From: Flavobacteriaceae bacterium
Lineage (GTDB): Bacteria; Bacteroidota; Bacteroidia; Flavobacteriales; Flavobacteriaceae
NCBI GenBank assembly: GCA_965655865.1
Contig: CBFHJJ010000001.1
Location: forward strand, 20,326 to 84,325
DNA: 64,000 nt
Reading direction: 5' to 3'
The notes beneath the pieces were generated by a model, which was not told the origin of the DNA, made no database searches, and saw only the letters and a program-made list of their open reading frames with translations. Positions 18,274 through 27,508 of this stretch are shown here, piece by piece. Made by a program: the position numbers and the translations under genes. Positions within the stretch are counted from its first letter, which is position 1. Each line of letters begins with the position of its first letter.

Positions 18274-19014
18274 TTATTTCTTTGGTGTTGATGGTGGGTT
18301 TAAAAATTCTTGAAATTTCTTAGTTAGTTGTTCAAGTTCGGGATCGTTCATACCATCAAGTAGATCACTGGAATATTGTTTTATAAACGATGGTGTCACA
18401 AACATATAGGTATCTTTATGTATAGTTAACTCAGTACTTGTACTATGTTCTTTTAAACAAGGTCCTATAGTTAATGCTTGTGAATTTTCCTCAGTATCAA
18501 AAGTACATACAATAGCACTAATAACTGGCATCCCTAATAAGTACTCACATACGAATATAATGTTGCTGGCCTTCTTTGAGGTATGACTCTTATCTCCTGA
18601 AATGTTCAATCCTTCTTTTCCGACTGAACTAACCATAGCCTTTGCAAATGCTAATCCTCCAACACCTGTGGCGAGTCCAAGAACCCCTTCTAATAACTCC
18701 TTAGAAAACGTTGCTCCCCAAGAATTAGATTTATGATTAACATCTTCTTCATTAACGTGTACGAAACAACCCGAAGAATCGATTATTTTTTGTAATGCAT
18801 CATAATCATAAAGAGACTTTCCTTCTTTATCCAATGCCTTTGTCATTGCACCAAAAAATACAGACACTTCCGCGAATACATCCCTTACTTCTTTTTCTAT
18901 CGTTGAGTTGGTCATATCAGTAGTTGCCATCATGATATTACCTGTTTCATTAAATACAAACCCTTTTTTAACTTCTTGGTTATTTGGGTCTTGTTGTGTT
19001 ACTTTATCAGCCAT
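18274..19014 (-). CDS. Hypothetical protein (246 aa) with a glycine-zipper-like hydrophobic segment
   Basis: GVLGLATGVGGLAFAKAMVSSVG; no domain recognised. Confidence 0.5.
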   Translation of the reverse strand: MADKVTQQDPNNQEVKKGFVFNETGNIMMATTDMTNSTIEKEVRDVFAEVSVFFGAMTKALDKEGKSLYDYDALQKIIDSSGCFVHVNEEDVNHKSNSWGATFSKELLEGVLGLATGVGGLAFAKAMVSSVGKEGLNISGDKSHTSKKASNIIFVCEYLLGMPVISAIVCTFDTEENSQALTIGPCLKEHSTSTELTIHKDTYMFVTPSFIKQYSSDLLDGMNDPELEQLTKKFQEFLNPPSTPKK

Positions 19015-19033
19015 ATTACTTTATTTTAAAATT

Positions 19034-19486
19034 TTATTTTTTCTTTTTACAGTATGATCCTGAACATCTTTTTTTACCGTCTAAACCTTTGATGGTTCCT
19101 TTACAAACTTGTACCGCGTATCCGTTAGCATATGCAGATGGATATACATCAAACTTAGCTTTAGCCGCTGACTTACCTCTCGCACATAAAGTATTTTTTT
19201 TCTTCTTCTTTTTTGCTTCGTTAATGTCACCCTCACTATCGTCTTTCATATTCATAAAAAAGTCAAGTACTTGATCCATATTTTCTTTAGCAACTGTTAC
19301 GTGATCATCAGCCCAATCATGACCATTGATTAATGTGTCATCAATCATATCATGATCCATATTTAGTAAAATTTCACACTGTCGGTGAATCTGTTTTAAA
19401 TTAGAAAAAAACATATAATTCCCAGATCTTGGGTTGTTTTCTTTTAATGTGTTCAGATTTTTTTCAATTATTTGTCTTAGGTTCAT
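19034..19486 (-). CDS. Hypothetical protein with a Cys/Lys-rich C-terminal module
   Basis: CARGKSAAKAKFDVYPSAYANGYAVQVCKG motif. Confidence 0.5.
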   Translation of the reverse strand: MNLRQIIEKNLNTLKENNPRSGNYMFFSNLKQIHRQCEILLNMDHDMIDDTLINGHDWADDHVTVAKENMDQVLDFFMNMKDDSEGDINEAKKKKKKNTLCARGKSAAKAKFDVYPSAYANGYAVQVCKGTIKGLDGKKRCSGSYCKKKK

Positions 19487-19497
19487 ATTAATAAGTA

Positions 19498-20871
19498 TTA
19501 TTTTTCTGAGATAATTTCAAATTTTATCACATTTGGATATGTTTTTTCTTCATTGTGTTTTACACCTTTAATTTCCAAATAATATTCTCTTGGAATTAAA
19601 ACAGAAGTATCTAACATAAAACTATTTTCATTTGTAACGTCAGCATATGTCCAATCAAATACATTTACATTGGTAGACCCTTCTTTTATATATATTTTAT
19701 AAAACACTTCATCGAAAAGAATATTAGTAGATTGTGATATTGTTCTAAATATAATACTGACCTTTCTTATATCACCTGACTGTATTTTTTCGTTTTGTTT
19801 AATACCCGAATACTGTACAACATATTTATTTACTTCTTTTTGATTTTCACCCAAACTAAATTTAGAAGAATATGGTTTAGGTACAAACTTTTGTGTTATA
19901 TCGGGGAATACACTATTTTCAACACTAATACCTTTCCAAACGTCATAAAAGAATCTTTTACCGTCACAGATTAATCCGTTAAGTCCAAAACTTACTTCGT
20001 AGACACCTTTTCTAACTTTACTAACGGTTAAATCAGTTAATCCTGAAATTGGTGATTTTGTAGGATCTAATATATCTACAGTTGGTAAATTATCTAAATC
20101 AAAGAAGTTAGTTTCTTTATTCACGTAGAGATATAAGTTTTGAGTTGTTTTTTCAATAAAGTTATCTCTATCGTCACGAATTCTATCGTCAAAATAAGTT
20201 TCAACGTATGGTTCAAAGAAAGTTTGTGTGTACTTACTAAAGAAAGCGACAGACTGATCAACTTCTTGTTCTAATTCTTCATATTCAGTTGCAAACGCAA
20301 CACCAATACCATAATCAGTATCACCATTAACAATAATACCATTAACATATTGTGTTATATCGGCAACAAGATTTTCATTACCATTATCAAACTCAATAGT
20401 ATCAAGGACTACTGGATTGTTTGAATATATTCCTTCTTGTGACCACGTATCAGCGGTCGTTCGATTAAACCAATTTGATGGTCTTTTATCGTAAGTGTCG
20501 TTACCTGTTGTGTAGTCGTATTCACCATCCTCATAATCAAAACCAACACCCTCGTCCCACGATTCGGTCAATTTAAAGATAATTAATGAGAAAGATGTTG
20601 TCCTTTCTCTACCAGTACCTCTTTTAGCACCCAAGAAAGTTTCATCACCAAAAATAGTATTTGTAAGGTGTAGTTTGTGTGTTGTGTTACCGTCTATAAC
20701 GTAATCACCACCAACAACTTTTTCTAATAGAGAAGTAAAATCAACTTTGAAAATAAACTTAGAAAAACCTGAACCATAAAAAATCTCTGTTGTTGGATTC
20801 TTTGCAGTGTTAGTCTGACTGTTCTTAATTACGGTGTTGTTTTTCTCAAAATATGAACGATAGTATGACAT
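19498..20871 (-). CDS. Hypothetical protein, probably tail or baseplate-associated
   Basis: Adjacent to the gp5-like gene. GATATTTATA motif directly upstream (20890-20899, minus strand). Confidence 0.45.
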   Translation of the reverse strand: MSYYRSYFEKNNTVIKNSQTNTAKNPTTEIFYGSGFSKFIFKVDFTSLLEKVVGGDYVIDGNTTHKLHLTNTIFGDETFLGAKRGTGRERTTSFSLIIFKLTESWDEGVGFDYEDGEYDYTTGNDTYDKRPSNWFNRTTADTWSQEGIYSNNPVVLDTIEFDNGNENLVADITQYVNGIIVNGDTDYGIGVAFATEYEELEQEVDQSVAFFSKYTQTFFEPYVETYFDDRIRDDRDNFIEKTTQNLYLYVNKETNFFDLDNLPTVDILDPTKSPISGLTDLTVSKVRKGVYEVSFGLNGLICDGKRFFYDVWKGISVENSVFPDITQKFVPKPYSSKFSLGENQKEVNKYVVQYSGIKQNEKIQSGDIRKVSIIFRTISQSTNILFDEVFYKIYIKEGSTNVNVFDWTYADVTNENSFMLDTSVLIPREYYLEIKGVKHNEEKTYPNVIKFEIISEK

Positions 20872-20889
20872 CTGTATAAGTGTTTCTTA

Positions 20890-20899
20890 TATAAATATC
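20890..20899 (-). promoter_or_regulatory. GATATTTATA core of the late-gene motif
   Basis: rc of tataaatatc; 18 nt upstream of ATG 20871. Confidence 0.3.
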
Positions 20900-20901
20900 A
20901 C

Positions 20902-22440
20902 TTAGTTTATTCTTATCGACTTATTTAGTAGGTCATTTTTCAAAGTATCTCGTAAAAGTTCTAATTTTTTCCAACCATCGTACGATTCTTTTACCATTGG
21001 TTTTGTTGGTTGATGGGCGTGACCCGCCATAACAACATATAATTGTTCTAAGAATGCTAATAGTGTTTCACCCCTCACAGTTGCGTATGTGTTAGGTTCA
21101 ATACGGGTTAAAAGATCTTCTTGGGTATACTCATAAGTGTCTAACTTATCAAAAGGAACTGATTTGGTACCTACCTCATTAGCGTCCGTTGATAATAGAT
21201 ATATTTTATCTGAAACGAGAGTACCAAATGACTGTTCTGAAATTGAACTGAGTGTCTTTAGAACATTCACTTTCTTTTCTTCTGATTTTGGTTTAGGTGA
21301 TGGTTCTGAAATACTCCAAAATAGTCCTGAACCTTCAGATATTGATGTGTTACACGATGGTTTGATATTATCCAAAAAATCACTAACCGAAGGTGTTGTT
21401 TTGATAACATTAACTAACGATTGTCGTGGTCGGAAGTAAAAAGGGTGGATATACTTTGATTTATCGATATCTATTTTAATATCTTTTATCTTTAATCCAT
21501 CTTCATGAAGGTCACAAAGTGTTTTACGTATTTTAATGTATGTACGTTTTACAGGATTTCCCGCAACCCCAAGTAAGTTCACATCTTGAACAAATGTTGG
21601 TGTCGTCATTGTATCATCATCATTAATTAGTGTGATTGAGTCAACTGTTGATAAATCGGGTGTATGTGTTGAAGTAAATACATCAGTTGCAAATGCTTCA
21701 CCAAAAACTTCCCTAACATAATACACGTACCAATATATTTTTTTTGGGTCAGTAATATCATCAACATCATATTCTATTACATAACTAAGTTTGTTTGTTG
21801 GTACTTTAGTTATAATTTCTTTTTCTTCTTTAAACTCTTGTTTAGATGAAAACTTTTTGAGACTTAATGTTGATTGTTTTTTTCCTCTTAATGGATGTGT
21901 TAGTAAATCTTTTCTTTCTGTTTTATTTGCAGATTCTTTTGACAATAGTTTACCACCTCTTAAACTCACACCATTTTCTGTGAAAAGAACGTCAGAACCA
22001 AATTTACCATAGATGGCACAATCCTCATGTTTTGCTAAGGAATTATTTGCTTTAGGTTTTTTAAATGTACCGTTAGGGTTAAAGATATCTCCCGTTTGTT
22101 TCACCGCAACACCATATGAAGTGTTTTCAAGTTGTCCTGAATTACTTTGTGCCGTCCAATCATGTATTGTTGTAAATGGACCTGGTATGTATTCTTGATT
22201 CATTAAATCATTCTCAAGATCATACTGTACAATTTTAATTGTTTGACCTACTGTTGGTATAAAATTTAAATTATTAGGAAGAAATGGTGATGCACAAAAG
22301 GGATCGAGTGCGTCCCACTCTTCAAACCCATCAGCACCTTGTGACGGTGCAGTCTGACTACCTAATATACTATACCTAACACGACCTATACCTTTTGGGT
22401 CTAAGTTGTCTTTAACAATACCTAAATTAACTAACTTCAT
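20902..22440 (-). CDS. Baseplate hub/central spike protein with a gp5-like N-terminal OB domain
   Basis: GIVKDNLDPKGIGRVRYSILG parallels T4 gp5 GVVEDRMDPLKLGRVRVRVVG. No lysozyme motifs recognised downstream. Confidence 0.6.
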   Translation of the reverse strand: MKLVNLGIVKDNLDPKGIGRVRYSILGSQTAPSQGADGFEEWDALDPFCASPFLPNNLNFIPTVGQTIKIVQYDLENDLMNQEYIPGPFTTIHDWTAQSNSGQLENTSYGVAVKQTGDIFNPNGTFKKPKANNSLAKHEDCAIYGKFGSDVLFTENGVSLRGGKLLSKESANKTERKDLLTHPLRGKKQSTLSLKKFSSKQEFKEEKEIITKVPTNKLSYVIEYDVDDITDPKKIYWYVYYVREVFGEAFATDVFTSTHTPDLSTVDSITLINDDDTMTTPTFVQDVNLLGVAGNPVKRTYIKIRKTLCDLHEDGLKIKDIKIDIDKSKYIHPFYFRPRQSLVNVIKTTPSVSDFLDNIKPSCNTSISEGSGLFWSISEPSPKPKSEEKKVNVLKTLSSISEQSFGTLVSDKIYLLSTDANEVGTKSVPFDKLDTYEYTQEDLLTRIEPNTYATVRGETLLAFLEQLYVVMAGHAHQPTKPMVKESYDGWKKLELLRDTLKNDLLNKSIRIN

Positions 22441-22640
22441 ACTGTTTTAAATCTATCGTTTAATTCGTTATTGATTTTATCATATGCGTCCTCTACCGAA
22501 TCTAAATGTTTCGTAAGTGATATTATTAATGACTTTGTTTTTTCAAACTCATCATTTAAAACTTCCAAACATTCATTTAAATCTTTATTTGATTTAACGT
22601 CGGGACTTGATATTATTTCTACTAATTTTTCTTTGTCCAT
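22437..22640 (-). CDS. Hypothetical small helical protein
   Basis: Coupled ORF (ATGA overlaps). Confidence 0.45.
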   Translation of the reverse strand: MDKEKLVEIISSPDVKSNKDLNECLEVLNDEFEKTKSLIISLTKHLDSVEDAYDKINNELNDRFKTV

Positions 22641-24547
22641 TAGAATAATTTTCCTGCTACGCTTATGTAACCCGGCGGTAATGGTACAGGACCCATAGGT
22701 GTCGGTATTACTGTAAATTTACTTGCCGCTTTTAGATAAGAATTATTATCTAATTCATCGGAGTTACCGTCAATAACTGATTTAACAAGTGACATCATTT
22801 CATTAGCCTCACCATAGATTGGTCCTGTGTTTAAACCGAGACCCGCCATTTTCTCAGCGGCATTCATGTACGCCCTGTCTGCACTGTAACCTGGTAGTAT
22901 ATCAGAGAATGATAGAATAATACCAGGGATGTTGATAACAGGACCCCTAAGATTTAATGCTGATGTAATTGCTTGTATTATCGTCTGAAATAGTTCAAGA
23001 CAATTGTCGAAATTTTTAGCCAAAATCTTTCTAAGTATTGAAATGATAGAAAGTAATATTGCAATTAGTCTCTTATATTTTCTACTTAGTATTTTTGCTG
23101 CAATTTCAGCAACAAACGCCAATAAATCTCTTTTAATTAACTTCCAAAATTCCTGTATAAATCTCCAAAAAATATCCTTTATTATTCTAAAAAATAATTT
23201 AGATAATTTTTTCATTAACTCTTTTACATCGTCATACGTTATATTCATTATTGACTTGTAAGCGACTACAATTGGAAATATATATTTTGGTGATATAATA
23301 CTACCTACGATCGCTTTAGGTAAGTTTAATATGAACCCACTAATTAACTCAAGTTGGAATTGTATTGGAGGTACATCACTACCCGAATTCAATGCCGCGT
23401 TAGACGCCGCATTTGCGAGTATAGAATCAGACAACTCACTTAAGTTATTTGATTCACCTGATAGATAAACAAAATCTTCAAAATTCTCACTTGATGTTGG
23501 TACTTCAAAATTACCACAATCCACAAATTTCAACACTTTTCTAAATCTTGCATCTCTGTCGTCAACATCGATACCTTCAACATCGTTAAAATCAAAGTAA
23601 GACTCAACATCAGCATCGTTTTCATTAAACATTTTTGATGTTGTTTGTATAAGATTTGATTCTTCAGGAGACCCACATAAACCGAATAACTTCTCACATA
23701 ACTCAGTCAAGAAACTAAGAGCTTCATCTACAATTGGTGGATTATCACCACCACCCTTTAATGTTAGAAGCATCGTATTTCGTATAATATCATTCATGTT
23801 AGGTTCTTCAATACTTGAGTAGTAGTCTTTAGTAAATTCACCCACTTTAAGTGCTGATAGACCTTGTTTAAGTCCTGAAACATCGTATTCTTGAGACGCA
23901 GTATTCCAATCTAAATTAAATAAATTATTACCGCTTGTAGAACTAAATGAATATGGTGATGAAAATGCACCGTAAAAATCTCGATTCATTTTAACCTTAC
24001 CCACTGAGGGTGATGGTTGTTCATACATAATTGTCCCTAAGTCACTTAAAGGATCAACTTGTAAGACTTCCAAAAAATCAAATTCTTTTGGTGATATAGA
24101 TATTGTATCATCAGGGAACTCAGTTTCGACACCACAAATACTCGTTTCTGTATTAACAAATAATACTTCACTCACGGCATCGTTTACAATTCTTTTAGAA
24201 TCTTTTACTGTGATACTTGCAGACTGTAATGCGTATTTTTTTATTTTATTCTTAGAAAGTAATTTATTATTAGATTCTACTTTTGCATTTGTATCATTTA
24301 GAAAACCAGATGCAATATCAATTACGGCACTAAAGATATCCCCTTGGTTATCTTTTTTCTTTCTTGCAAATTTACCAAGTAACGCATCTTTCTTAGTTGC
24401 GAATTTTTTACTTAAGTCATCGACTTTTGCGTCAAGATACAAGTCATAAACTTCACCCCCATCTATATCGGGCATGTCGTTTATTTTTTTAATTACCTCA
24501 ATCTTTGACTTTATTTGATTCCGTAATTTCTTGATCTTACCACTCAT
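22640..24547 (-). CDS. Hypothetical large protein with a hydrophobic helical segment (structural?)
   Basis: LLAFVAEIAAKILSRKYKRLIAILLSIISILRKIL segment; lies in the baseplate-proximal operon. Confidence 0.5.
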   Translation of the reverse strand: MSGKIKKLRNQIKSKIEVIKKINDMPDIDGGEVYDLYLDAKVDDLSKKFATKKDALLGKFARKKKDNQGDIFSAVIDIASGFLNDTNAKVESNNKLLSKNKIKKYALQSASITVKDSKRIVNDAVSEVLFVNTETSICGVETEFPDDTISISPKEFDFLEVLQVDPLSDLGTIMYEQPSPSVGKVKMNRDFYGAFSSPYSFSSTSGNNLFNLDWNTASQEYDVSGLKQGLSALKVGEFTKDYYSSIEEPNMNDIIRNTMLLTLKGGGDNPPIVDEALSFLTELCEKLFGLCGSPEESNLIQTTSKMFNENDADVESYFDFNDVEGIDVDDRDARFRKVLKFVDCGNFEVPTSSENFEDFVYLSGESNNLSELSDSILANAASNAALNSGSDVPPIQFQLELISGFILNLPKAIVGSIISPKYIFPIVVAYKSIMNITYDDVKELMKKLSKLFFRIIKDIFWRFIQEFWKLIKRDLLAFVAEIAAKILSRKYKRLIAILLSIISILRKILAKNFDNCLELFQTIIQAITSALNLRGPVINIPGIILSFSDILPGYSADRAYMNAAEKMAGLGLNTGPIYGEANEMMSLVKSVIDGNSDELDNNSYLKAASKFTVIPTPMGPVPLPPGYISVAGKLF

Positions 24548-24930
24548 TACATTTCGTATTTTTGTGACTCACCGGTTGGTTCATCATCTTCTTTCATTAG
24601 TTTCTCGAGTAGTTTTCTATCGTCTTCGGTCAATTCTAATTTACCACCAGCAGCGGCACCACCACTTGTGGTTCCTGACTGTTTTAATAGGGTACTTTGT
24701 AATTTTACTAATGAAATTTTCTTTTCAGTACAGTCGTTTAATATTTTTTGTTGTTCTTTAATGACAGGACCAAGAACACTCATGTCCTCAGCCTCTTTCA
24801 TAAAACTTAACATTTTTTTAGTTATTAAACTTGCAGTTTGTTTTTGTTCTACAATATCATTGTATATTTCCTGCATTAATGCAAGAGCGGAATCGGTGTC
24901 TAAAGACAATAAATTTTTATTTCTTCTCAT
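24547..24930 (-). CDS. Hypothetical coiled-coil protein
   Basis: ORF coupled to the downstream gene. Confidence 0.45.
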   Translation of the reverse strand: MRRNKNLLSLDTDSALALMQEIYNDIVEQKQTASLITKKMLSFMKEAEDMSVLGPVIKEQQKILNDCTEKKISLVKLQSTLLKQSGTTSGGAAAGGKLELTEDDRKLLEKLMKEDDEPTGESQKYEM

Positions 24931-24948
24931 ACCAATAAATAGTTGTTT

Positions 24949-25650
24949 CTAATTATTTATAAATCCGATCTTCAGTACTTCATAGAGTTTTTTATACTTT
25001 TTCATAGCAACTCTTATTTCTTTAGTACTTAAAGATGTCATTTCTCTCAATGCTAAAAGAATTAAATTCTTATTGAACTTATTACCTTCTCCAACTTGAA
25101 AGACTTGTTCGAAATTTGAAAACACTTCAATAAGTGCGTAACCTAACTTTCTTTCATTGTCGTTAAGGTCTTCCTTTTCAACAAATTCTTCAAGATCGGT
25201 AGTTAGTTTAATGACAACTTTCTTATAATCAATAATATCTTCATCGATTATATATGATAAATCCGCTCGGTCTTCTAATCTTGAAGAAATGTCTTCATAA
25301 GATACCGAACGGTTTTGTTCTTTATGGTCCTTTTGTATTGCACCCATCAAGTAATTCTTACAGATGGTTCCAAAGTAGGAGTATGCCTTATAGTTTTTTG
25401 TTGTGTCAAATTTATTAATTTTAGTAATTAAAAATGACATTGTATCAGTATGGATCTCTTCAAAGTCCATATCTTTTCTATAAAGTTTATAACGGCGAAT
25501 TATGCTTTCCACCATTATTTTGAGAGGTTCTCTTAAATATTCGTTGAATATCTTATTCTTTTCATCGTCGTCTTCGGATTCTAAGTATCTTACTACCGCT
25601 TGTTCTTGTTCCTCCCCAAAGTATATTTTTTGGGTTCTTTTTCTTGGCAT
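24949..25650 (-). CDS. Sigma-70-family RNA polymerase sigma factor (phage-encoded)
   Basis: Region-2-like LKIMVESIIRRYKLYRKDMDFEEIHTDTMSFLITKINKFDTTKNYKAYSYFGTICKNYL. C-terminal HTH-like LALREMTSLSTKEIRVAMKKYKK. Confidence 0.65.
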   Translation of the reverse strand: MPRKRTQKIYFGEEQEQAVVRYLESEDDDEKNKIFNEYLREPLKIMVESIIRRYKLYRKDMDFEEIHTDTMSFLITKINKFDTTKNYKAYSYFGTICKNYLMGAIQKDHKEQNRSVSYEDISSRLEDRADLSYIIDEDIIDYKKVVIKLTTDLEEFVEKEDLNDNERKLGYALIEVFSNFEQVFQVGEGNKFNKNLILLALREMTSLSTKEIRVAMKKYKKLYEVLKIGFINN

Positions 25651-26438
25651 TAGTTATTATCAGCAAAAGCTACATCTCGTTTATTTTTAAAGAAAAATTC
25701 TTTTTTAGCAGTATCTAACCAAAACGTTGCTTCATTGGTTGCTAACCTACTCTTCTCATCATTTTTATATGACCAAAATAATGAATCCTCTCTGAAGTTG
25801 ACATGTCGATACCCAATCTGTGGGATTGACATAATCTTGACTCCGTTATGTGTTAATCTTAAAAGAAACTCGTAACTAAAGGTTAGTTTAATATTGTCTT
25901 TAAACTGTCCATTTTCTTTTATTACTTCTGTCTTATAAAAACCACCACTCGTTTGATAGTTTTGATAATCTAAAAGAACTTCATTCTCTAACACACCTTG
26001 TGTTTCTGTGAAACCATAAGCCCATACAGACTCATTAGTAAAATTTAATAACTTACCGTCAGTGTTAACATCCTTTACAATTGGTAGAAACACTTCAACA
26101 TCTGAGTGCACTTCTTTATATTGTAAAAACGGTTTTAACCAATTGTTAGTTAACTCGTCGTCTATTTCTAAAATAGAAAACCATTCAGTGTCACAACTCT
26201 CAATCCCAAGATTTACTTGTGAACAGAATCCCGTGTCACCACTATTTGTTACTATGTTAATATCTAATTTATCTGACAAACCCTTTGATGTGATATTTTC
26301 TACAACATCTTTAGGTGCAACAATTAATAACTTTACGTCATCGAAGAACTGTTCGACGGACTCAACCGCTTTAGATAACATTTCATGATATAGATCATCT
26401 AACTTGTGTACTGGTAGTATTACTGTAATATTTTTCAT
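25650..26438 (-). CDS. Glycosyltransferase, GT-A fold (family-2-like)
   Basis: N-terminal ITVILPVHKLDD pattern and acidic EIDDE (DxD-like). Confidence 0.6.
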   Translation of the reverse strand: MKNITVILPVHKLDDLYHEMLSKAVESVEQFFDDVKLLIVAPKDVVENITSKGLSDKLDINIVTNSGDTGFCSQVNLGIESCDTEWFSILEIDDELTNNWLKPFLQYKEVHSDVEVFLPIVKDVNTDGKLLNFTNESVWAYGFTETQGVLENEVLLDYQNYQTSGGFYKTEVIKENGQFKDNIKLTFSYEFLLRLTHNGVKIMSIPQIGYRHVNFREDSLFWSYKNDEKSRLATNEATFWLDTAKKEFFFKNKRDVAFADNN

Positions 26439-27508
26439 TATGCTTCAATTTTTGATTTTAAATTAGTTAACCCCTTTTCAATTGTTTTAACTCTTGAGTT
26501 CTTGAGTGAATTAAATATTGAAATAACGTTACTATCAATTATATCCTCAGTGTATGGGATTAATGTTTCAGACATTTTATTACTAACTTCATCGTTGATT
26601 GTAACACCTTCTAACCATGCCAAAACATAAGTTCCAACGAGTTCAACAATTTTATTTAAATCGTATGTCCATAAACCGTTTTCGTTTAACCACTCAGGTT
26701 CGGTTGTTGGTATTTTACCAATTACTGGTACATTACATTTCATAGATTCGAGAGGAAAAGTCCCAAATGTTGAATCGTCATCTAACCACACGGAACAAAT
26801 GCATTCTTGTAGTTGTTTTGCAAATTCCTCATGTGACATTTGAACCATATCTTTAAAAGTGACCCATCTTAATTGTGGATATTTTAAATAGAATTCTGAG
26901 ATTATTCTCCTATGTTGACCTCTATCTCTCGCACTAATAGCAATAAAAGGTTTGGTTAGTGACTCACTTGGTTTAAATATCTCACTGATTTTTGGGGGGT
27001 TAACGTAAATAACTGATTCGGGGAATACCGATTGTATATACTCCTTAGAAGATTTAGTCGTTGTAATTACTTTATCAAAACCATAATCACTCCATCTACT
27101 ACCAACCTGTAAAGTTTCGAAAATATATTCAGTTTGTTGAACCAACATCACCTTAGTACATTTTACATCTTTGAGTTGTTCTAAAACATTAGAGTAGTAT
27201 TCAGGTACTACGATTACATCGTCAATACCCATTTCAATTTGATCCTCCTTAATTGTTACAATTGGTAGATCTTTATACTTATCTCCCATCCATGATTCGA
27301 CACCAACATACGTTTTATCTTCAACTAAAATATGTGCGTCGAGACCTTCGTTTCTCAAAGTCAGTACGGTGTCGTATATGTATTTAACCGCGGCTCTTGC
27401 ATTGTTCTTAGTGTCATAAGTCAGAAAGTAAAGTTTGTATTGGTTATTTTCCAATCTATTGAAAGCACTTTCTAATTTTTCAATATTTTCTTGTATGTTG
27501 TTACTCAT
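26438..27508 (-). CDS. Glycosyltransferase, GT-B fold (GT1/GT4-like)
   Basis: C-terminal FGTFPLESMKCNVPVIG resembles the E-x7-E region of GT4 enzymes. Confidence 0.55.
   Translation of the reverse strand: MSNNIQENIEKLESAFNRLENNQYKLYFLTYDTKNNARAAVKYIYDTVLTLRNEGLDAHILVEDKTYVGVESWMGDKYKDLPIVTIKEDQIEMGIDDVIVVPEYYSNVLEQLKDVKCTKVMLVQQTEYIFETLQVGSRWSDYGFDKVITTTKSSKEYIQSVFPESVIYVNPPKISEIFKPSESLTKPFIAISARDRGQHRRIISEFYLKYPQLRWVTFKDMVQMSHEEFAKQLQECICSVWLDDDSTFGTFPLESMKCNVPVIGKIPTTEPEWLNENGLWTYDLNKIVELVGTYVLAWLEGVTINDEVSNKMSETLIPYTEDIIDSNVISIFNSLKNSRVKTIEKGLTNLKSKIEA

Noticed and set aside
18274-19014. Calling the glycine-zipper protein a gasdermin-like or holin-type pore former.
   Set aside because: There is no diagnostic motif, no transmembrane-helix pair and no adjacent endolysin. 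It is kept only as a low-confidence hypothesis.
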